Source: Spirochaetota bacterium
GTDB lineage: Bacteria > Spirochaetota > UBA12135 > COTS27 > CBDBHE01
Length of the DNA stretch: 64,000 bases
Direction: 5' to 3'
Assembly (NCBI GenBank): GCA_965205605.1
Contig: CBDBHE010000007.1
Coordinates: 416,001-480,000 of the forward strand
Part shown: piece after piece, positions 1-10,510 of the stretch
Numbering within the stretch: position 1 is the stretch's first letter
Layout: the number at the start of each line of letters is the position of its first letter
Made by a program: the position numbers and the translations under genes
Notes under the pieces: model-generated
Seen by the model: the letters and a program-made list of their open reading frames with translations, nothing else
The model's database searches: none
What the model was told of the DNA's origin: nothing

Positions 1-632
1 TATTGTTTAGCTTTTTCAGAAAAATCACTGCGAATCTCTTTAATCTTAAAAGTTGACCCTTTATCTTGATCATCATAAACGATTTCTTTCATCTCAACGA
101 GATCAATGACTCCTTCTAAATTATCTTCACTTCCAATAGGAATACTAATAAGGATGACATTGGCCATAAGGCGATCTCGAATCGTATCAACTGCTTTATA
201 AAAGTCAGCCCCCACACGGTCCATTTTATTAATAAAAATCATTCGAGGAACATTATAGCGCGTTGCTTGACGCCAAACAGTTTCTGATTGAGGCTGAACA
301 CCTGCAACCCCGCAAAATACCCCTACCGCCGAATCTAAAACCCTAAGCGACCTTTCAACCTCTACTGTAAAATCAACATGCCCTGGCGTATCAATAATTT
401 GGACATTGTGATCTTTCCAAAAACAAGTCGTTGCCGCAGAAGTAATCGTAATCCCTCTTTCTCTCTCTTGCTCCATCCAATCCATTTCTGCAGCCCCTTC
501 ATGAACCTCTCCGATTTTATGGGTTTTTCCTGTATAATATAAAATTCGCTCTGTAACGGTTGTTTTACCAGCATCAATATGTGCCATGATTCCAATATTG
601 CGATATTTTTCAATCGAAAATTCTCGAGCCAT
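1..632 (-). CDS. fusA: Elongation factor G, 5' part (runs off window start)
   Basis: Manual translation from ATG at 632: [25 protein letters not shown]...[12 protein letters not shown]...IDTPGHVDF; directly after rpsG. Confidence 0.97.
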   Translation of the reverse strand, partial: MAREFSIEKYRNIGIMAHIDAGKTTVTERILYYTGKTHKIGEVHEGAAEMDWMEQERERGITITSAATTCFWKDHNVQIIDTPGHVDFTVEVERSLRVLDSAVGVFCGVAGVQPQSETVWRQATRYNVPRMIFINKMDRVGADFYKAVDTIRDRLMANVILISIPIGSEDNLEGVIDLVEMKEIVYDDQDKGSTFKIKEIRSDFSEKAKQ

Positions 633-655
633 TTTTTTTTAATCGATCAAAATCA

Positions 656-1126
656 TTACCAACGATAATGAGCAAACGCTTTATTGGATTCTGCTGATTT
701 AAAAATTTCTTCTTTTTTCTTAATAGAGTTTCCCGTATTATTATACGCATCCATAAACTCTGATGAAAGCTTAGCTATCATTCCTCTCTCAGAACGCCCT
801 CTAGAATAATTAACAAGCCAGCGTATGGCTAGGGTAATCTGACGAAACTCATTGACTTCCAAAGGAACCTGATAAACCGCCCCTCCTACTCGTCTTGATT
901 TAACCTCTACTTGAGGCTTAACATTGGTAATAGCTTGTTCAAACACTTCAATGTTTTTTTTCTTCATTTTTTGATTGACAGTATCAATGGCTTTATAGAA
1001 AATTTTCTCTGCTGTTCCTTTCTTGCCCCCTAGCATCAACCGATTGATAAAACGAGAAACTAAAACACTCCCATAAATAAAATCTGGGTTAATAATTCTT
1101 TTTTTAGCAATCTTTTTTCTTGACAT
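656..1126 (-). CDS. rpsG: 30S ribosomal protein S7
   Basis: VEVKSRRVGGAVYQVP and NKAFAHYRW motifs; str operon order. Confidence 0.98.
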   Translation of the reverse strand: MSRKKIAKKRIINPDFIYGSVLVSRFINRLMLGGKKGTAEKIFYKAIDTVNQKMKKKNIEVFEQAITNVKPQVEVKSRRVGGAVYQVPLEVNEFRQITLAIRWLVNYSRGRSERGMIAKLSSEFMDAYNNTGNSIKKKEEIFKSAESNKAFAHYRW

Positions 1127-1147
1127 GATTTAATTCATTTTTTTTAA

Positions 1148-1522
1148 TTATTTTTTAGACATCTTCGCCCCATATTTGGAACGTCCTTTTTTACGATCAA
1201 CAACTCCTAAAGTATCTAAAGCCCCTCTTACAATATGATAACGCACCCCCGGAAGATCTTTCACCCTTCCCCCTCTAACAAGCACCATCGAGTGCTCTTG
1301 AAGATTGTGTCCAACCCCTGGAATATAAGCTGTCACTTCCATACCATTAGAAAGCTTTACCCTAGCCACTTTGCGCATTGCTGAATTAGGTTTCTTGGGA
1401 TTTAAAGTCATCACGCGTGTACAAACCCCTCTTTTTTGAGGACATTTCTTAAGCGCTCTAGACTTTGTGGGTTTTTTTATTTTTTTTCTTCCCTTTCTAA
1501 TTAATTGTGAGATCGTGGGCAT
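1148..1522 (-). CDS. rpsL: 30S ribosomal protein S12 (start at MPTISQL)
   Basis: PKKPNSA and [11 protein letters not shown] motifs. Confidence 0.98.
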   Translation of the reverse strand: MPTISQLIRKGRKKIKKPTKSRALKKCPQKRGVCTRVMTLNPKKPNSAMRKVARVKLSNGMEVTAYIPGVGHNLQEHSMVLVRGGRVKDLPGVRYHIVRGALDTLGVVDRKKGRSKYGAKMSKK

Positions 1523-1557
1523 AAATTTCATTGAAACCTTATTTAAAATTAGCGATT

Positions 1558-1586
1558 ATGATACATTACATTAAGTAAAATGTCAA
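1558..1586 (-). promoter_or_regulatory. Sigma70-type promoter of the str operon
   Basis: TTGACA-17 bp-TATCAT on the minus strand just upstream of rpsL. Confidence 0.7.
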
Positions 1587-1622
1587 TATGAAAAATAAAA
1601 GTAATGTTTCTACTTTTTTAGA

Positions 1623-2462
1623 ATGATTTTTATTGTTTATAACCTTAAAAAAAACCCTGAAAAATTTATTGAACATTTAACAAAAAAACTCCTTTCTTTA
1701 AAAGAAAAAGTCTACACCACAAAATCCTACCCTCTAAATAAACAAGATATTAAAAATCTTAAAAAATCAAAACTCATTATTACTTTAGGAGGAGATGGAA
1801 CGGTTTTATCATTATTTCCTTTTATTATAAAAGCTACCCTCACTCATATCCCCATTGTACCGGTTCATTTTGGAACTCTAGGGTTTATTTGTTCCGTTGA
1901 TCCTAAAAGTGCCGAAAAAATCGTTCTTGATTATTTAAACCCAAAAAAAATCGTTTCTTACAAAGAAAACAAAAAAAGTTTTTTAAAAATAACTTATAAA
2001 AATAAATATTTTTATAGCTTAAACGAAGCCTATCTTTCCAAAGGCGATCTTGGAAAAGCCATTGAAATCGAAGCAAATATTGGAAAAACAATTATTGCTA
2101 ATTTTAGATCGGATGGTGTCATTATTGCAAGCCCTATTGGATCGACTGCTTATAATCTAGCAGCCGGTGGGCCTATTGTTGCTTCTGACTTGAAAGCAAT
2201 CATTTTCAACCCTGTTTGCCCACATTCATTAACTGCAAAGCCAATCGTAATTTCTGGAAAAGAAATCATTACCATCAAAGCAAAGTCTAACAATTCAAAA
2301 ATACTCCCCAAGCTCATTTTAGATGGGAAAATTCACAGAAATATCGATTCTAAAGCACCCATTACTTGTCAATTGGACAAAAGAGAAATTATCTTTTTAA
2401 GGCCTAAAAAACAAGATTATTACCATCTTTTAAAAACAAAGCTTTCTTGGTTAAAAAACTAA
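1623..2462 (+). CDS. nadK: NAD(+) kinase
   Basis: GGDGT, NE and GSTAYNLAAGGP motifs. Confidence 0.93.
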   Translation: MIFIVYNLKKNPEKFIEHLTKKLLSLKEKVYTTKSYPLNKQDIKNLKKSKLIITLGGDGTVLSLFPFIIKATLTHIPIVPVHFGTLGFICSVDPKSAEKIVLDYLNPKKIVSYKENKKSFLKITYKNKYFYSLNEAYLSKGDLGKAIEIEANIGKTIIANFRSDGVIIASPIGSTAYNLAAGGPIVASDLKAIIFNPVCPHSLTAKPIVISGKEIITIKAKSNNSKILPKLILDGKIHRNIDSKAPITCQLDKREIIFLRPKKQDYYHLLKTKLSWLKN

Positions 2463-2517
2463 ATTTTTTTTTATCTCTTATTTTTATTTTTGATGACTCT
2501 CATTAAAAAAATGTCTT

Positions 2518-3474
2518 TTAAAGAGGGGTTGAAATTAAATGAGCGATGATTTGATCAGCTGAAACTTGATCAAGCTGTGAATTATAATTTAGTAAAAGAC
2601 GATGACGCAAAATAGGGTAAAGGACTTTTGCTAAGTGATGTTTCTCAACAGATTGTTTATTTTCTAAAAAAGTACTGACTTTAGCGGCTTTAATCGCAAA
2701 CTTGCAAGCTCTAGGAGAGGCCCCTAGCCTTACATAATCTTTGATCATTTTTTCTGTTGTTTCTAAAGGGCGGGTCTTTCGAATCACTTTTACCAACCAT
2801 TCAATCACTTCAGGAGCTATTTGTATTTGTTGAGTCGTTTTTTTAAGCTTGTTGAGCTCTGATAAAGACACAACAGGTTTAACTTCTTTAAGTATTTCTT
2901 CTGAATGAAGACAAGCAATTTTTGTTTCATCTTTTAAAGAAGGGTAGGTAACTTGTAGCATAAACATAAATCGATCCAATTGAGCTTCTGGTAAAACATA
3001 AGTGCCTTCTTGTTCAAAAGGATTTTGAGTAGCGAGGACCATAAAAGGAGTTTGAAGAGGGTATTTATGACCACTGAGGGTCACTTCTTTTTCTTCCATC
3101 GCCTGCAACAAAGCAGACTGTGTTTTAGCAGGGGAACGATTAATTTCATCGGCTAAAAGAATTTGAGAAAAAATAGGGCCTTCAACAAATCGAAAATTTT
3201 TTTTAGCTCCTTTTTCTTCAAATACATCATACCCGACAATATCAGAAGGCATTAAATCAGGGGTAAATTGAATCCGATTAAAAGAAAGATCAAAAGCTTT
3301 TGCAAGTGATTTGATTAAAAGAGTTTTTGCTAGCCCCGGGACCCCATTAAGTAATAGATGCCCTTCGGATAAAAAACCAACGAGCATTTGTTCGATGAGG
3401 TCTTTTTGACCAACAATGGTTTTTTCTAATTCTTTTTGAACAGCGAAAAGAAATGAAGAGTTGGTTTTAGGCAT
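2518..3474 (-). CDS. MoxR-family AAA+ ATPase
   Basis: GVPGLAKT, RIQFTPDLMPSD, DEINR, ATQNP, LPEAQLDRF. Confidence 0.95.
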   Translation of the reverse strand: MPKTNSSFLFAVQKELEKTIVGQKDLIEQMLVGFLSEGHLLLNGVPGLAKTLLIKSLAKAFDLSFNRIQFTPDLMPSDIVGYDVFEEKGAKKNFRFVEGPIFSQILLADEINRSPAKTQSALLQAMEEKEVTLSGHKYPLQTPFMVLATQNPFEQEGTYVLPEAQLDRFMFMLQVTYPSLKDETKIACLHSEEILKEVKPVVSLSELNKLKKTTQQIQIAPEVIEWLVKVIRKTRPLETTEKMIKDYVRLGASPRACKFAIKAAKVSTFLENKQSVEKHHLAKVLYPILRHRLLLNYNSQLDQVSADQIIAHLISTPL

Positions 3475-3486
3475 AAAGAAAAAAAA

Positions 3487-4548
3487 TTATAAAAGCTCTG
3501 GGTTGGTTTTAGAAATTTGTTTTAAAATTAACTTGATATCCCCTTCTTTTTTTTTATGAGAGATGTATAAAATATTATCTTCAAAAATAATATTTAAATC
3601 TTTCACCCCATTTAAAACAACCGAAGTTTTTTTGGTATGATCGACTTGACAAGTAACCTGCTTGCAATCAAAGTCAAAAACTTTTTTGGAAAACAAATTG
3701 CCATTTATGTCAGTTTTTTTAAGGCGAGAGAGAGCATTCCAAGACCCCACGTCATCCCAAATAAAATCTGCTTTAAGACAATAAATCTCTTTTGTTTTTT
3801 CAGCAATAGCATAGTCAAAAGAAATTTTTTCAAGCGTTTTAAATAAAGAAAGCGCTTTTTTAACATCCCTATCTCGTAAACGCACAAACTCCAAAAGTGT
3901 ATCAAAATGCGTCTTGGCATAACGCCTAAAAAGTTCAAAGCAAAGATCTTTTCGAATAAAAAACATCCCTGCATTCCAAAAATAATGATTTGTTTTAAGA
4001 TAAGCTTTAGCTTGATCAACATTTGGTTTTTCAATAAAAGAACCTACTGTAAAAAGATTTGTTTCAATCTGATCTTGTAGTTGGATATAACCAAATCCAT
4101 CTGAAGGATAGTTTGGCTTGATACCAAGTAAAACAAGTGCTTTTTTTTGAGAACAAATTTGCATGCCTTTTTTAATATTTTCATAATAAAGATTTTTATT
4201 GGCAATAAAGTGATCGGCTGGAATAAAAAACAAAACATCTTCATCACTGGCATTGATACAAAGAGCTGACAAGCCAATAGCACAAGCGGTATCTTTTGGC
4301 ATGGGCTCGGTAATAATATTTTTTGCTGGAAAATCTTTTAAAAGTTCACTGGCTTTATTTTTAAACGCCTCTGCGGTACTAATATAAATATCTTGCTTAT
4401 CACAAAAAGGCAAAAGCCGTAAAACCGTTTCTTCCAACATGGTTTTTTCACTAATAATAGGAGTAAATTGTTTAGGTGACTGCCGCCTACTTTTTGGCCA
4501 AAAGCGTTCGCCAAATCCTCCCGCCATAATAATAATTTTAAGTTTCAT
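3487..4548 (-). CDS. manC: Mannose-1-phosphate guanylyltransferase (no PMI domain)
   Basis: MAGGFGERFWPKSR..PKQF, PADH, FIEKP, WNAGMF, WDDVGSW. Confidence 0.9.
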   Translation of the reverse strand: MKLKIIIMAGGFGERFWPKSRRQSPKQFTPIISEKTMLEETVLRLLPFCDKQDIYISTAEAFKNKASELLKDFPAKNIITEPMPKDTACAIGLSALCINASDEDVLFFIPADHFIANKNLYYENIKKGMQICSQKKALVLLGIKPNYPSDGFGYIQLQDQIETNLFTVGSFIEKPNVDQAKAYLKTNHYFWNAGMFFIRKDLCFELFRRYAKTHFDTLLEFVRLRDRDVKKALSLFKTLEKISFDYAIAEKTKEIYCLKADFIWDDVGSWNALSRLKKTDINGNLFSKKVFDFDCKQVTCQVDHTKKTSVVLNGVKDLNIIFEDNILYISHKKKEGDIKLILKQISKTNPELL

Positions 4549-5542
4549 AAAAAAATTCCAACAAATGATTTATTTTTTTTAAATCATAATCTTCTAATCT
4601 TACTTTAAGATCAAAATAATTTTGAGTTTTTTTTTCTAAAGACATTTTTGGCATTTGTTTTAACCATTCATCTTCTTTGTTTTTAAAAAATGCTTCCTTT
4701 ATTTCTGTTAAAAAAATCCCCTTTTCCATCGCCTTTAGCCAAGTAAATTGTTTTTTAGCAAAATGACGTGTTTTCTTTTTAATCTCTTGAATACAATCTT
4801 GCAAAGAAATTTTTTTTTCCAAAAACAAAGCCACTTGTTTATACCCAATCATCGTAAACAGCTTGTTTTGATAGGCTTTATTTTTGACCAAAACCTTGAC
4901 TTCTTCAACAAATCCATTTTCAAACATTTGATCGATCCTTTTTTCAATCATATGATAAAGAGGTTTTCTTAAGGGAGCTAAAACCAAAACCAAACAGTTT
5001 AAAGAAGGCTTTTGTCTTTTTGTGCGCAAACTTGTAAAGCTTTTCCCTGTCAAGCGAATGACTTCGATGGCACGTAAGATTCGTACAGGGTTGTTTTGAT
5101 CTACTTGAGCGTAATAAGAGTAATCTTTTTCTTTAAGTTCTTGTAAAAAAGGCCTCAGTCCTTTCTCTTGATATTCTTTTTTAAGAATGGTTTTTAGTTC
5201 AATTGCAAAAGACGTGCTGAGAAGAGGCAAGCCACCTAAAAGACTTTGGGTATAAAGAGAAGGCCCACCGATAATGAAGACCCTTCTAACAGCTTTATGG
5301 TAGTGAGTAGACAAAGCAAGGGTTTGTTTTAAAAAATCGAAAGCAGAGAAAGATTTTGATAAATCTAAGAAATCGGTAAGGTGATAAGCATAAGATTTAA
5401 TTTCTCTAAGAGTTGGTTTTGCTGTACCAATATTGGCATGTTGATACATTTGCCTAGTATCTGCATTAATAATAACATCAGGAAAACGATAAAGAGAGTG
5501 CAGTAAATGTGTTTTACCAGAAGCCGTTGGGCCTAGGAGCAA
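4538..5542 (-). CDS. miaA: tRNA dimethylallyltransferase (true start probably further upstream)
   Basis: GPTASGKT, IGTAKP, TRHFAKKQFTW. Confidence 0.93.
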   Translation of the reverse strand: MLLGPTASGKTHLLHSLYRFPDVIINADTRQMYQHANIGTAKPTLREIKSYAYHLTDFLDLSKSFSAFDFLKQTLALSTHYHKAVRRVFIIGGPSLYTQSLLGGLPLLSTSFAIELKTILKKEYQEKGLRPFLQELKEKDYSYYAQVDQNNPVRILRAIEVIRLTGKSFTSLRTKRQKPSLNCLVLVLAPLRKPLYHMIEKRIDQMFENGFVEEVKVLVKNKAYQNKLFTMIGYKQVALFLEKKISLQDCIQEIKKKTRHFAKKQFTWLKAMEKGIFLTEIKEAFFKNKEDEWLKQMPKMSLEKKTQNYFDLKVRLEDYDLKKINHLLEFFYET

Positions 5543-5611
5543 AACAATCTTAGGGGTAATCGTTGCTTTTTCTTTAATACTAAAAAATCTTATTTAAAAA
5601 TGGTAAGTCAC

Positions 5612-5905
5612 TTAAGAAGGTTGTCGCTTATTTATTGCTCCCTCTTGATCTAAACCAACAGAAGGTTTATCTTCAGCAGCAAATAGATCATCATCTTCTT
5701 CAGCAAAAAGCTCGCTTTCATGTAAGAGATACTTGACATCTTCATCTAAAACGTGTTTAAGCGAAACTAAAGCATCTTTTCTTTCCAATTTTTGATATTC
5801 ATCGGGCTCTAAAAAACGAACCTTTTTTGCATAACCAATACAAGCTTTGGCCAGTAGATATCGATTACCTTTATAATTAATAAGTTTTTCTAAAGAAAAA
5901 TGCAT
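5612..5905 (-). CDS. rpoZ: RNA polymerase omega subunit, spirochaete-like, with acidic tail
   Basis: FSLEKLINYKGNRYLL N-terminus; directly downstream of gmk. Confidence 0.7.
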   Translation of the reverse strand: MHFSLEKLINYKGNRYLLAKACIGYAKKVRFLEPDEYQKLERKDALVSLKHVLDEDVKYLLHESELFAEEDDDLFAAEDKPSVGLDQEGAINKRQPS

Positions 5906-5933
5906 GGGGGATCTCCTATTTATATTTTTTTAA

Positions 5934-6527
5934 TTAAAAATGATTTTTTACCAATTTTTCCAAAGATTTCAAGGCTTTTAAAAGATTAGTGTCATTCATT
6001 ATAACATGCGGCCATTTAGAAAAAAAATTTAACTCTTTCTTGGCGATTTCAAGTCTTTTTTCAATGATTTTTAAATCTTGATCTCCTCTTGCCAAAAGCC
6101 TTTTTTTTAAAACCTTTGGGTTTTTGACTCGAATAAAAACAAAAAGACCTTTAATCTTTTTTTGTAAATAAAGTCCCCCTTGAACATCAATATCTAAAAT
6201 AATTTTTTTTCCTTTAGCCGTTTTATCTTCTATTTCCTTAATGGAAGTCCCGTAATAATGCTGATAAACTTTTGCCCATTCTAAAAAAAAATTAGCTTTA
6301 ATCTTTTTTTCAAAAAATTCATTATTAACGAAGAAATAGTCTTTCCCTTCTTTTTCCTTGTCTCTAGGATTACGAGTTGTATGGGAGACACTAAAAGCAA
6401 AAGAAGGGTTTCTTTGTAAAAAAAGATTAATAAGGCTTGTTTTTCCCGAACCAGAGGGGGCTGTAATTACAAGTAATTTTTTATCATAATCTAACAAAAT
6501 AAAAAAAACTCTCTTATAAAATAGCAC
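5934..6527 (-). CDS. gmk: Guanylate kinase
   Basis: APSGSGKTS, SVSHTTRNPR..E..GKDYFF, YYGT, LDIDVQG. Confidence 0.95.
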   Translation of the reverse strand: MLFYKRVFFILLDYDKKLLVITAPSGSGKTSLINLFLQRNPSFAFSVSHTTRNPRDKEKEGKDYFFVNNEFFEKKIKANFFLEWAKVYQHYYGTSIKEIEDKTAKGKKIILDIDVQGGLYLQKKIKGLFVFIRVKNPKVLKKRLLARGDQDLKIIEKRLEIAKKELNFFSKWPHVIMNDTNLLKALKSLEKLVKNHF

Positions 6528-6530
6528 TCA

Positions 6531-7427
6531 TTATAGTTGAGATTTAATTTTTGAATGATAAAACAGCATAAATCCACAAGCGACATAAATAGAGGAATAG
6601 GTCCCTATAATCAAACCTATGATTAAAGAAAAAGCAAAATTTTTAAGTGAACCTTGCGTAAATAAATACATTGTAAAAACAACCACTAAAGTAGTAAGAG
6701 AGGTAATTAAAGTCCTAATAAAAATACTATTAACAGATTGATTAACGACTTCTTTGTAATTGACCGCTTCTTTTTGTCGAATTTTTTCTCGAACACGATC
6801 AAATAAAACAATCGTGTCATTAACCGAATAACCAAAAATAGTTAAAATCGATGTAATGGTTAAAACATTCACTTCAAATTGGCTAAAAGAAATTACCCCC
6901 AACATAATAAAAACATCATGAAAAACAGCAATAATGGCAGCAAGACTATACTGCCATTTAAAACGAAAGGTAATATAAAAAACAATGGCAATGATCGCAA
7001 ACACAATAATTTTAATAGCATTATCACGATTTTCACGACTAATGACCCCTCCAACGACTCGGCTTCGTTCAAAAGAAAAAGAATTGCCATTCTTTGAAAA
7101 ATTTTGTAGATTTTCTTTAAGTAAAGCTTCTATTTCAAGGCCTGTTTTTTGATTAGAAATTGGGATTCGAAAAATAAAACGATTTTTTTTAGTTAAAATA
7201 GACTCGATATCAACTTGTAGTTTTTGGGTTTTAAAAAAAACAAAAAGGTCTTGGGTCGTTGTTTGTTTTGAAAATTGTGCGGTTACTTCTACCCCTCCGG
7301 TAAAATCTGTGCCATATTTAAATTGTTTTCCAAAAAAAATAGTATACAAACTTAAAATAACAGCCAAAAAGGAAAAGAGGTAAAAAATCTTGGCGTATTT
7401 AAAAAAATCAAAAAAAGGCTTTATCAT
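6531..7427 (-). CDS. secF: Protein translocase subunit SecF
   Basis: GTDFTGG, HDV, GYSVNDTIVLFDRVRE, GTYSS. Confidence 0.95.
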   Translation of the reverse strand: MIKPFFDFFKYAKIFYLFSFLAVILSLYTIFFGKQFKYGTDFTGGVEVTAQFSKQTTTQDLFVFFKTQKLQVDIESILTKKNRFIFRIPISNQKTGLEIEALLKENLQNFSKNGNSFSFERSRVVGGVISRENRDNAIKIIVFAIIAIVFYITFRFKWQYSLAAIIAVFHDVFIMLGVISFSQFEVNVLTITSILTIFGYSVNDTIVLFDRVREKIRQKEAVNYKEVVNQSVNSIFIRTLITSLTTLVVVFTMYLFTQGSLKNFAFSLIIGLIIGTYSSIYVACGFMLFYHSKIKSQL

Positions 7428-7454
7428 GGTTTCATCATTAATCGATCGTGTTTA

Positions 7455-8963
7455 TTAAATCCAAATTCGTTTAAATTTGATGCTTGTATTAAAATAAAAA
7501 CAAACATCAAAAACAAAACGCGTTAAAAAAAGTGCTGTGAACATACTAACAATTACCCCAATAAAAAGAGTCGTCGCAAATCCTTTAATCACTCCTTCTC
7601 CATAACTAGAAAGTACAAATGCAGCAATTAAAGTGGTGATATTAGCATCAAAAATAGACCAAAAAGCTTTTTGATACCCTTTGATATAGGCTTGACTAAA
7701 GTCTTCTTTATTGTGAAAAAACTCTTCTCGAATGCGCTCAAAAATAAGCACATTAGCATCGATGGCAATACCAATCGTTAAAAGTAATCCCGCAATACCG
7801 GATAAGGAAAGACTTAATTGAAAAGGAGCCAAAAGGGCTAAAACAACCATTCCATTTAAAATTAAAGCTAAAGAAGCAATCAAGCCAGAAAGCCGGTAAC
7901 GGAAAATCATAAAAATAAAAATAGCAATAATACCAAAAAACATGGCTTTTAAACTTTTAAGTAAAGATTCTTGACCAAGTTTAGGGCCGATGACTTCTTT
8001 AGAAACAATACTCAGTTTACCAGGGAGAGATCCCGACTTTAAAATCAGTGCTAAATCCGTTGCTTCTTGGGCATTAAAGCCTCCATCGATTTGACCTTGA
8101 CCAAAAATACGACCTCCTATTTTTGGCATCGAATACACTTTCTTGCGATCCAAAACAATTGCCAAACGCTTGCCCACATTATTGCCTGTCACTTCTGAAA
8201 AAATATTAGCCCCTTTTGCATCCAACTCAAAACTAACAACGATTTCTCCATATTGATCATAATTCATCGATGCATTAACAATCCGATTGGCATTAAGCTC
8301 TGCTTTTTTTTGTAGTAAAACCGGACTAACAGGCACTCGTTTCCCAAGGGCATCTTTTTCATAAAGAAAAGCAACATCATAATCTTTTTCCAACGTTTTT
8401 TGATTTAAAACCTTCTTTTGTTTTTCATCATAATTTAAAAGATCAAACCCCTCTTCAGCCACAAATTTAAATTCTAAATTTCCGGTTGTTTGGAGAATAT
8501 TTTCAATTCTTTCAGAATTAGTTTCTCCTGGTATTTGAATAATAATTTTATCAAAACCGACTTTTCTTAAAACAACATCCGAAACACCAAATTGATCAAT
8601 TCGATTTTGAATAATAAAAACAATCCGACTAAGAGCTTCTTTTTTTTCCTCATCGCTTAAATCATCAACTGCTTTTGATCGTTTTTTTGCCATATCAGAA
8701 AAATCAATTTGCATCACAATATAAATCCCTCCTTTAATATCAAGACCAAAACCAATGATACGTTCTTTAAGAGGATCTAAAGTCTTGGCTTCTTGAAGAG
8801 CTTTTAGATTAAAATTAAACGCTTCTCTTTGCTCTAGAGGAATTTCTGTAATTTTTCTAGCTTCCTCAGAAGCAACAAGATAATAGCGAATCGATGGGTA
8901 AAGACAATAAAAAATAATAGAAAAAATTCCTAAAATAACAAAAAAACGAAAACTTTTAGACAT
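7455..8963 (-). CDS. secD: Protein translocase subunit SecD
   Basis: GLDIKGG, NRIDQFGVS, AIDANVLIFERIREE, DANITT. Confidence 0.95.
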   Translation of the reverse strand: MSKSFRFFVILGIFSIIFYCLYPSIRYYLVASEEARKITEIPLEQREAFNFNLKALQEAKTLDPLKERIIGFGLDIKGGIYIVMQIDFSDMAKKRSKAVDDLSDEEKKEALSRIVFIIQNRIDQFGVSDVVLRKVGFDKIIIQIPGETNSERIENILQTTGNLEFKFVAEEGFDLLNYDEKQKKVLNQKTLEKDYDVAFLYEKDALGKRVPVSPVLLQKKAELNANRIVNASMNYDQYGEIVVSFELDAKGANIFSEVTGNNVGKRLAIVLDRKKVYSMPKIGGRIFGQGQIDGGFNAQEATDLALILKSGSLPGKLSIVSKEVIGPKLGQESLLKSLKAMFFGIIAIFIFMIFRYRLSGLIASLALILNGMVVLALLAPFQLSLSLSGIAGLLLTIGIAIDANVLIFERIREEFFHNKEDFSQAYIKGYQKAFWSIFDANITTLIAAFVLSSYGEGVIKGFATTLFIGVIVSMFTALFLTRFVFDVCFYFNTSIKFKRIWI

Positions 8964-8989
8964 GGAGAACTCTCTCCTTTAATTCAACT

Positions 8990-9367
8990 TTATTTTTTAG
9001 GAGTCTTTTTATAATTTTTGTTATGATTTTTGTCTTCTTTAGGAAAAACTTCTGAAATAGCCGAACGAAGAATTTCAATTTGAACTCCTTTAGCAATCTC
9101 GATAATTAAAATATTCCCTTCTTCTTTAAATTGACTCACCACTCCATAAACCCCACTACTAAAAAGAACTTTGTCTCCCTTTTGAACCGTTTTTCTTTTT
9201 TTTTCAATTGCTTTTTGACGCCTTAATTGGGGACGAAGCACTACGAAATAAGTAATTAAAATAATGATAACAAGAGGAAAAAACATACCAGAATCTAATT
9301 TTTTTTTAGTCGGTTTGGGGGCTTGACTTGGGACTTGAGTTTGAGCGTGAAGAATCGTTGTTAACAT
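8990..9367 (-). CDS. yajC: Preprotein translocase subunit YajC
   Basis: TM segment then LRPQ..RQK...KGDKV..SSGVYG; upstream of secD. Confidence 0.9.
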   Translation of the reverse strand: MLTTILHAQTQVPSQAPKPTKKKLDSGMFFPLVIIILITYFVVLRPQLRRQKAIEKKRKTVQKGDKVLFSSGVYGVVSQFKEEGNILIIEIAKGVQIEILRSAISEVFPKEDKNHNKNYKKTPKK

Positions 9368-9532
9368 GGTGATATTCCTTTGATTAATAATAGTTTAAAA
9401 CAAACTTGTATGATTTTAGCATCTGAAGAAAAAAAACTAAAGAAAACAAGAGATGTTTTTTCACTTAATTTTAATAAGAAGTTATAATAACACTTAGAAA
9501 AATTTAAATTAAGTTAGAAAAAGGAACTAAGC

Positions 9533-10420
9533 ATGCAAGAATTTTTTATTTCTCTCATCATCATTTTTGCAGGAGTGATGATTTTATTTATTGGAAGCCT
9601 TAAAAAACAAATAAAATCTTCTTACCCTATAGGGGTTGGAGCCTTAGTCTTAGGGGGGCTGCTATTTTTAAAGACATGTATCTTTCAAGTCGATGAAGGA
9701 GAAGCTCTTGTAAAAACAACATTTAAAAAGATCTCTGGGTCTTTAACCAAACCAGGCGTTAATTTAAAATGGCCATGGGAAAGTGTGCATAGTTTTCCAA
9801 CACGCCTAGAAGCATATACTGATAAAATCCCTGCTCGTAGTAAAGATGGGATGGCTATTGATATTGATCTTACGATTCACTATAAAGTAGACAAAAATAA
9901 TATTGAAATTATTTATCGTGGTATTGCTAAAAGTCTAAAAGACTTAAAAGAAAAAATCATTTACCCTACTTTAAGAAAAACGATACGGGATTCAATTGCT
10001 ACTTTAAATGTCAAAGAAGTTTATTCAAAAAGAACTGAGCTTAATGACAAAATCACTGTCGATGCCAGCGAAGAACTTAAAAGCAAACACATTGTTATTG
10101 ATAAAATTTTACTAAGAGATATTAAATTGCCTGAACAAGTCGAAAATGAAATTAGAAAAAAAATTCAATCCCAGCAACAAGCTGAAGCGATGGAATATAA
10201 AAAAAAAGTTTCCCAACAACAAGCTGAAATTAAAGCCATTGAAGCTAGAGGAATCGCAGAAGCTCAAAAAATTATTAACCGTACTCTCACCCCTCTTTAT
10301 CTCCAACACGAGGCAATCGAAGCATATAAAAAATTAGCTGAAGGTTCTAATTCAACGTTTATTATCATCCCAACAAACCCAAAAGGAACTGGTATTCCTT
10401 TGATATTAAACTCAAAGTAA
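9533..10420 (+). CDS. SPFH/prohibitin (band 7) membrane protein
   Basis: Two N-terminal TMs, SKDG..IDIDLTI, ILLRDIKLP, QQQAE/EARGIAEAQ coiled coil. Confidence 0.88.
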   Translation: MQEFFISLIIIFAGVMILFIGSLKKQIKSSYPIGVGALVLGGLLFLKTCIFQVDEGEALVKTTFKKISGSLTKPGVNLKWPWESVHSFPTRLEAYTDKIPARSKDGMAIDIDLTIHYKVDKNNIEIIYRGIAKSLKDLKEKIIYPTLRKTIRDSIATLNVKEVYSKRTELNDKITVDASEELKSKHIVIDKILLRDIKLPEQVENEIRKKIQSQQQAEAMEYKKKVSQQQAEIKAIEARGIAEAQKIINRTLTPLYLQHEAIEAYKKLAEGSNSTFIIIPTNPKGTGIPLILNSK

Positions 10421-10510
10421 AAAATAAAAAAATTATTTTTTAAAGCTAAAAATTTGTCATAATTTAACTAAAGACAAAGAAATCATTTGTTTTAGTTTAA
10501 AAAGATAAAA

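Noticed and set aside
362-613. 83-aa ORF in the ORF track
   Set aside because: Alternative frame inside fusA
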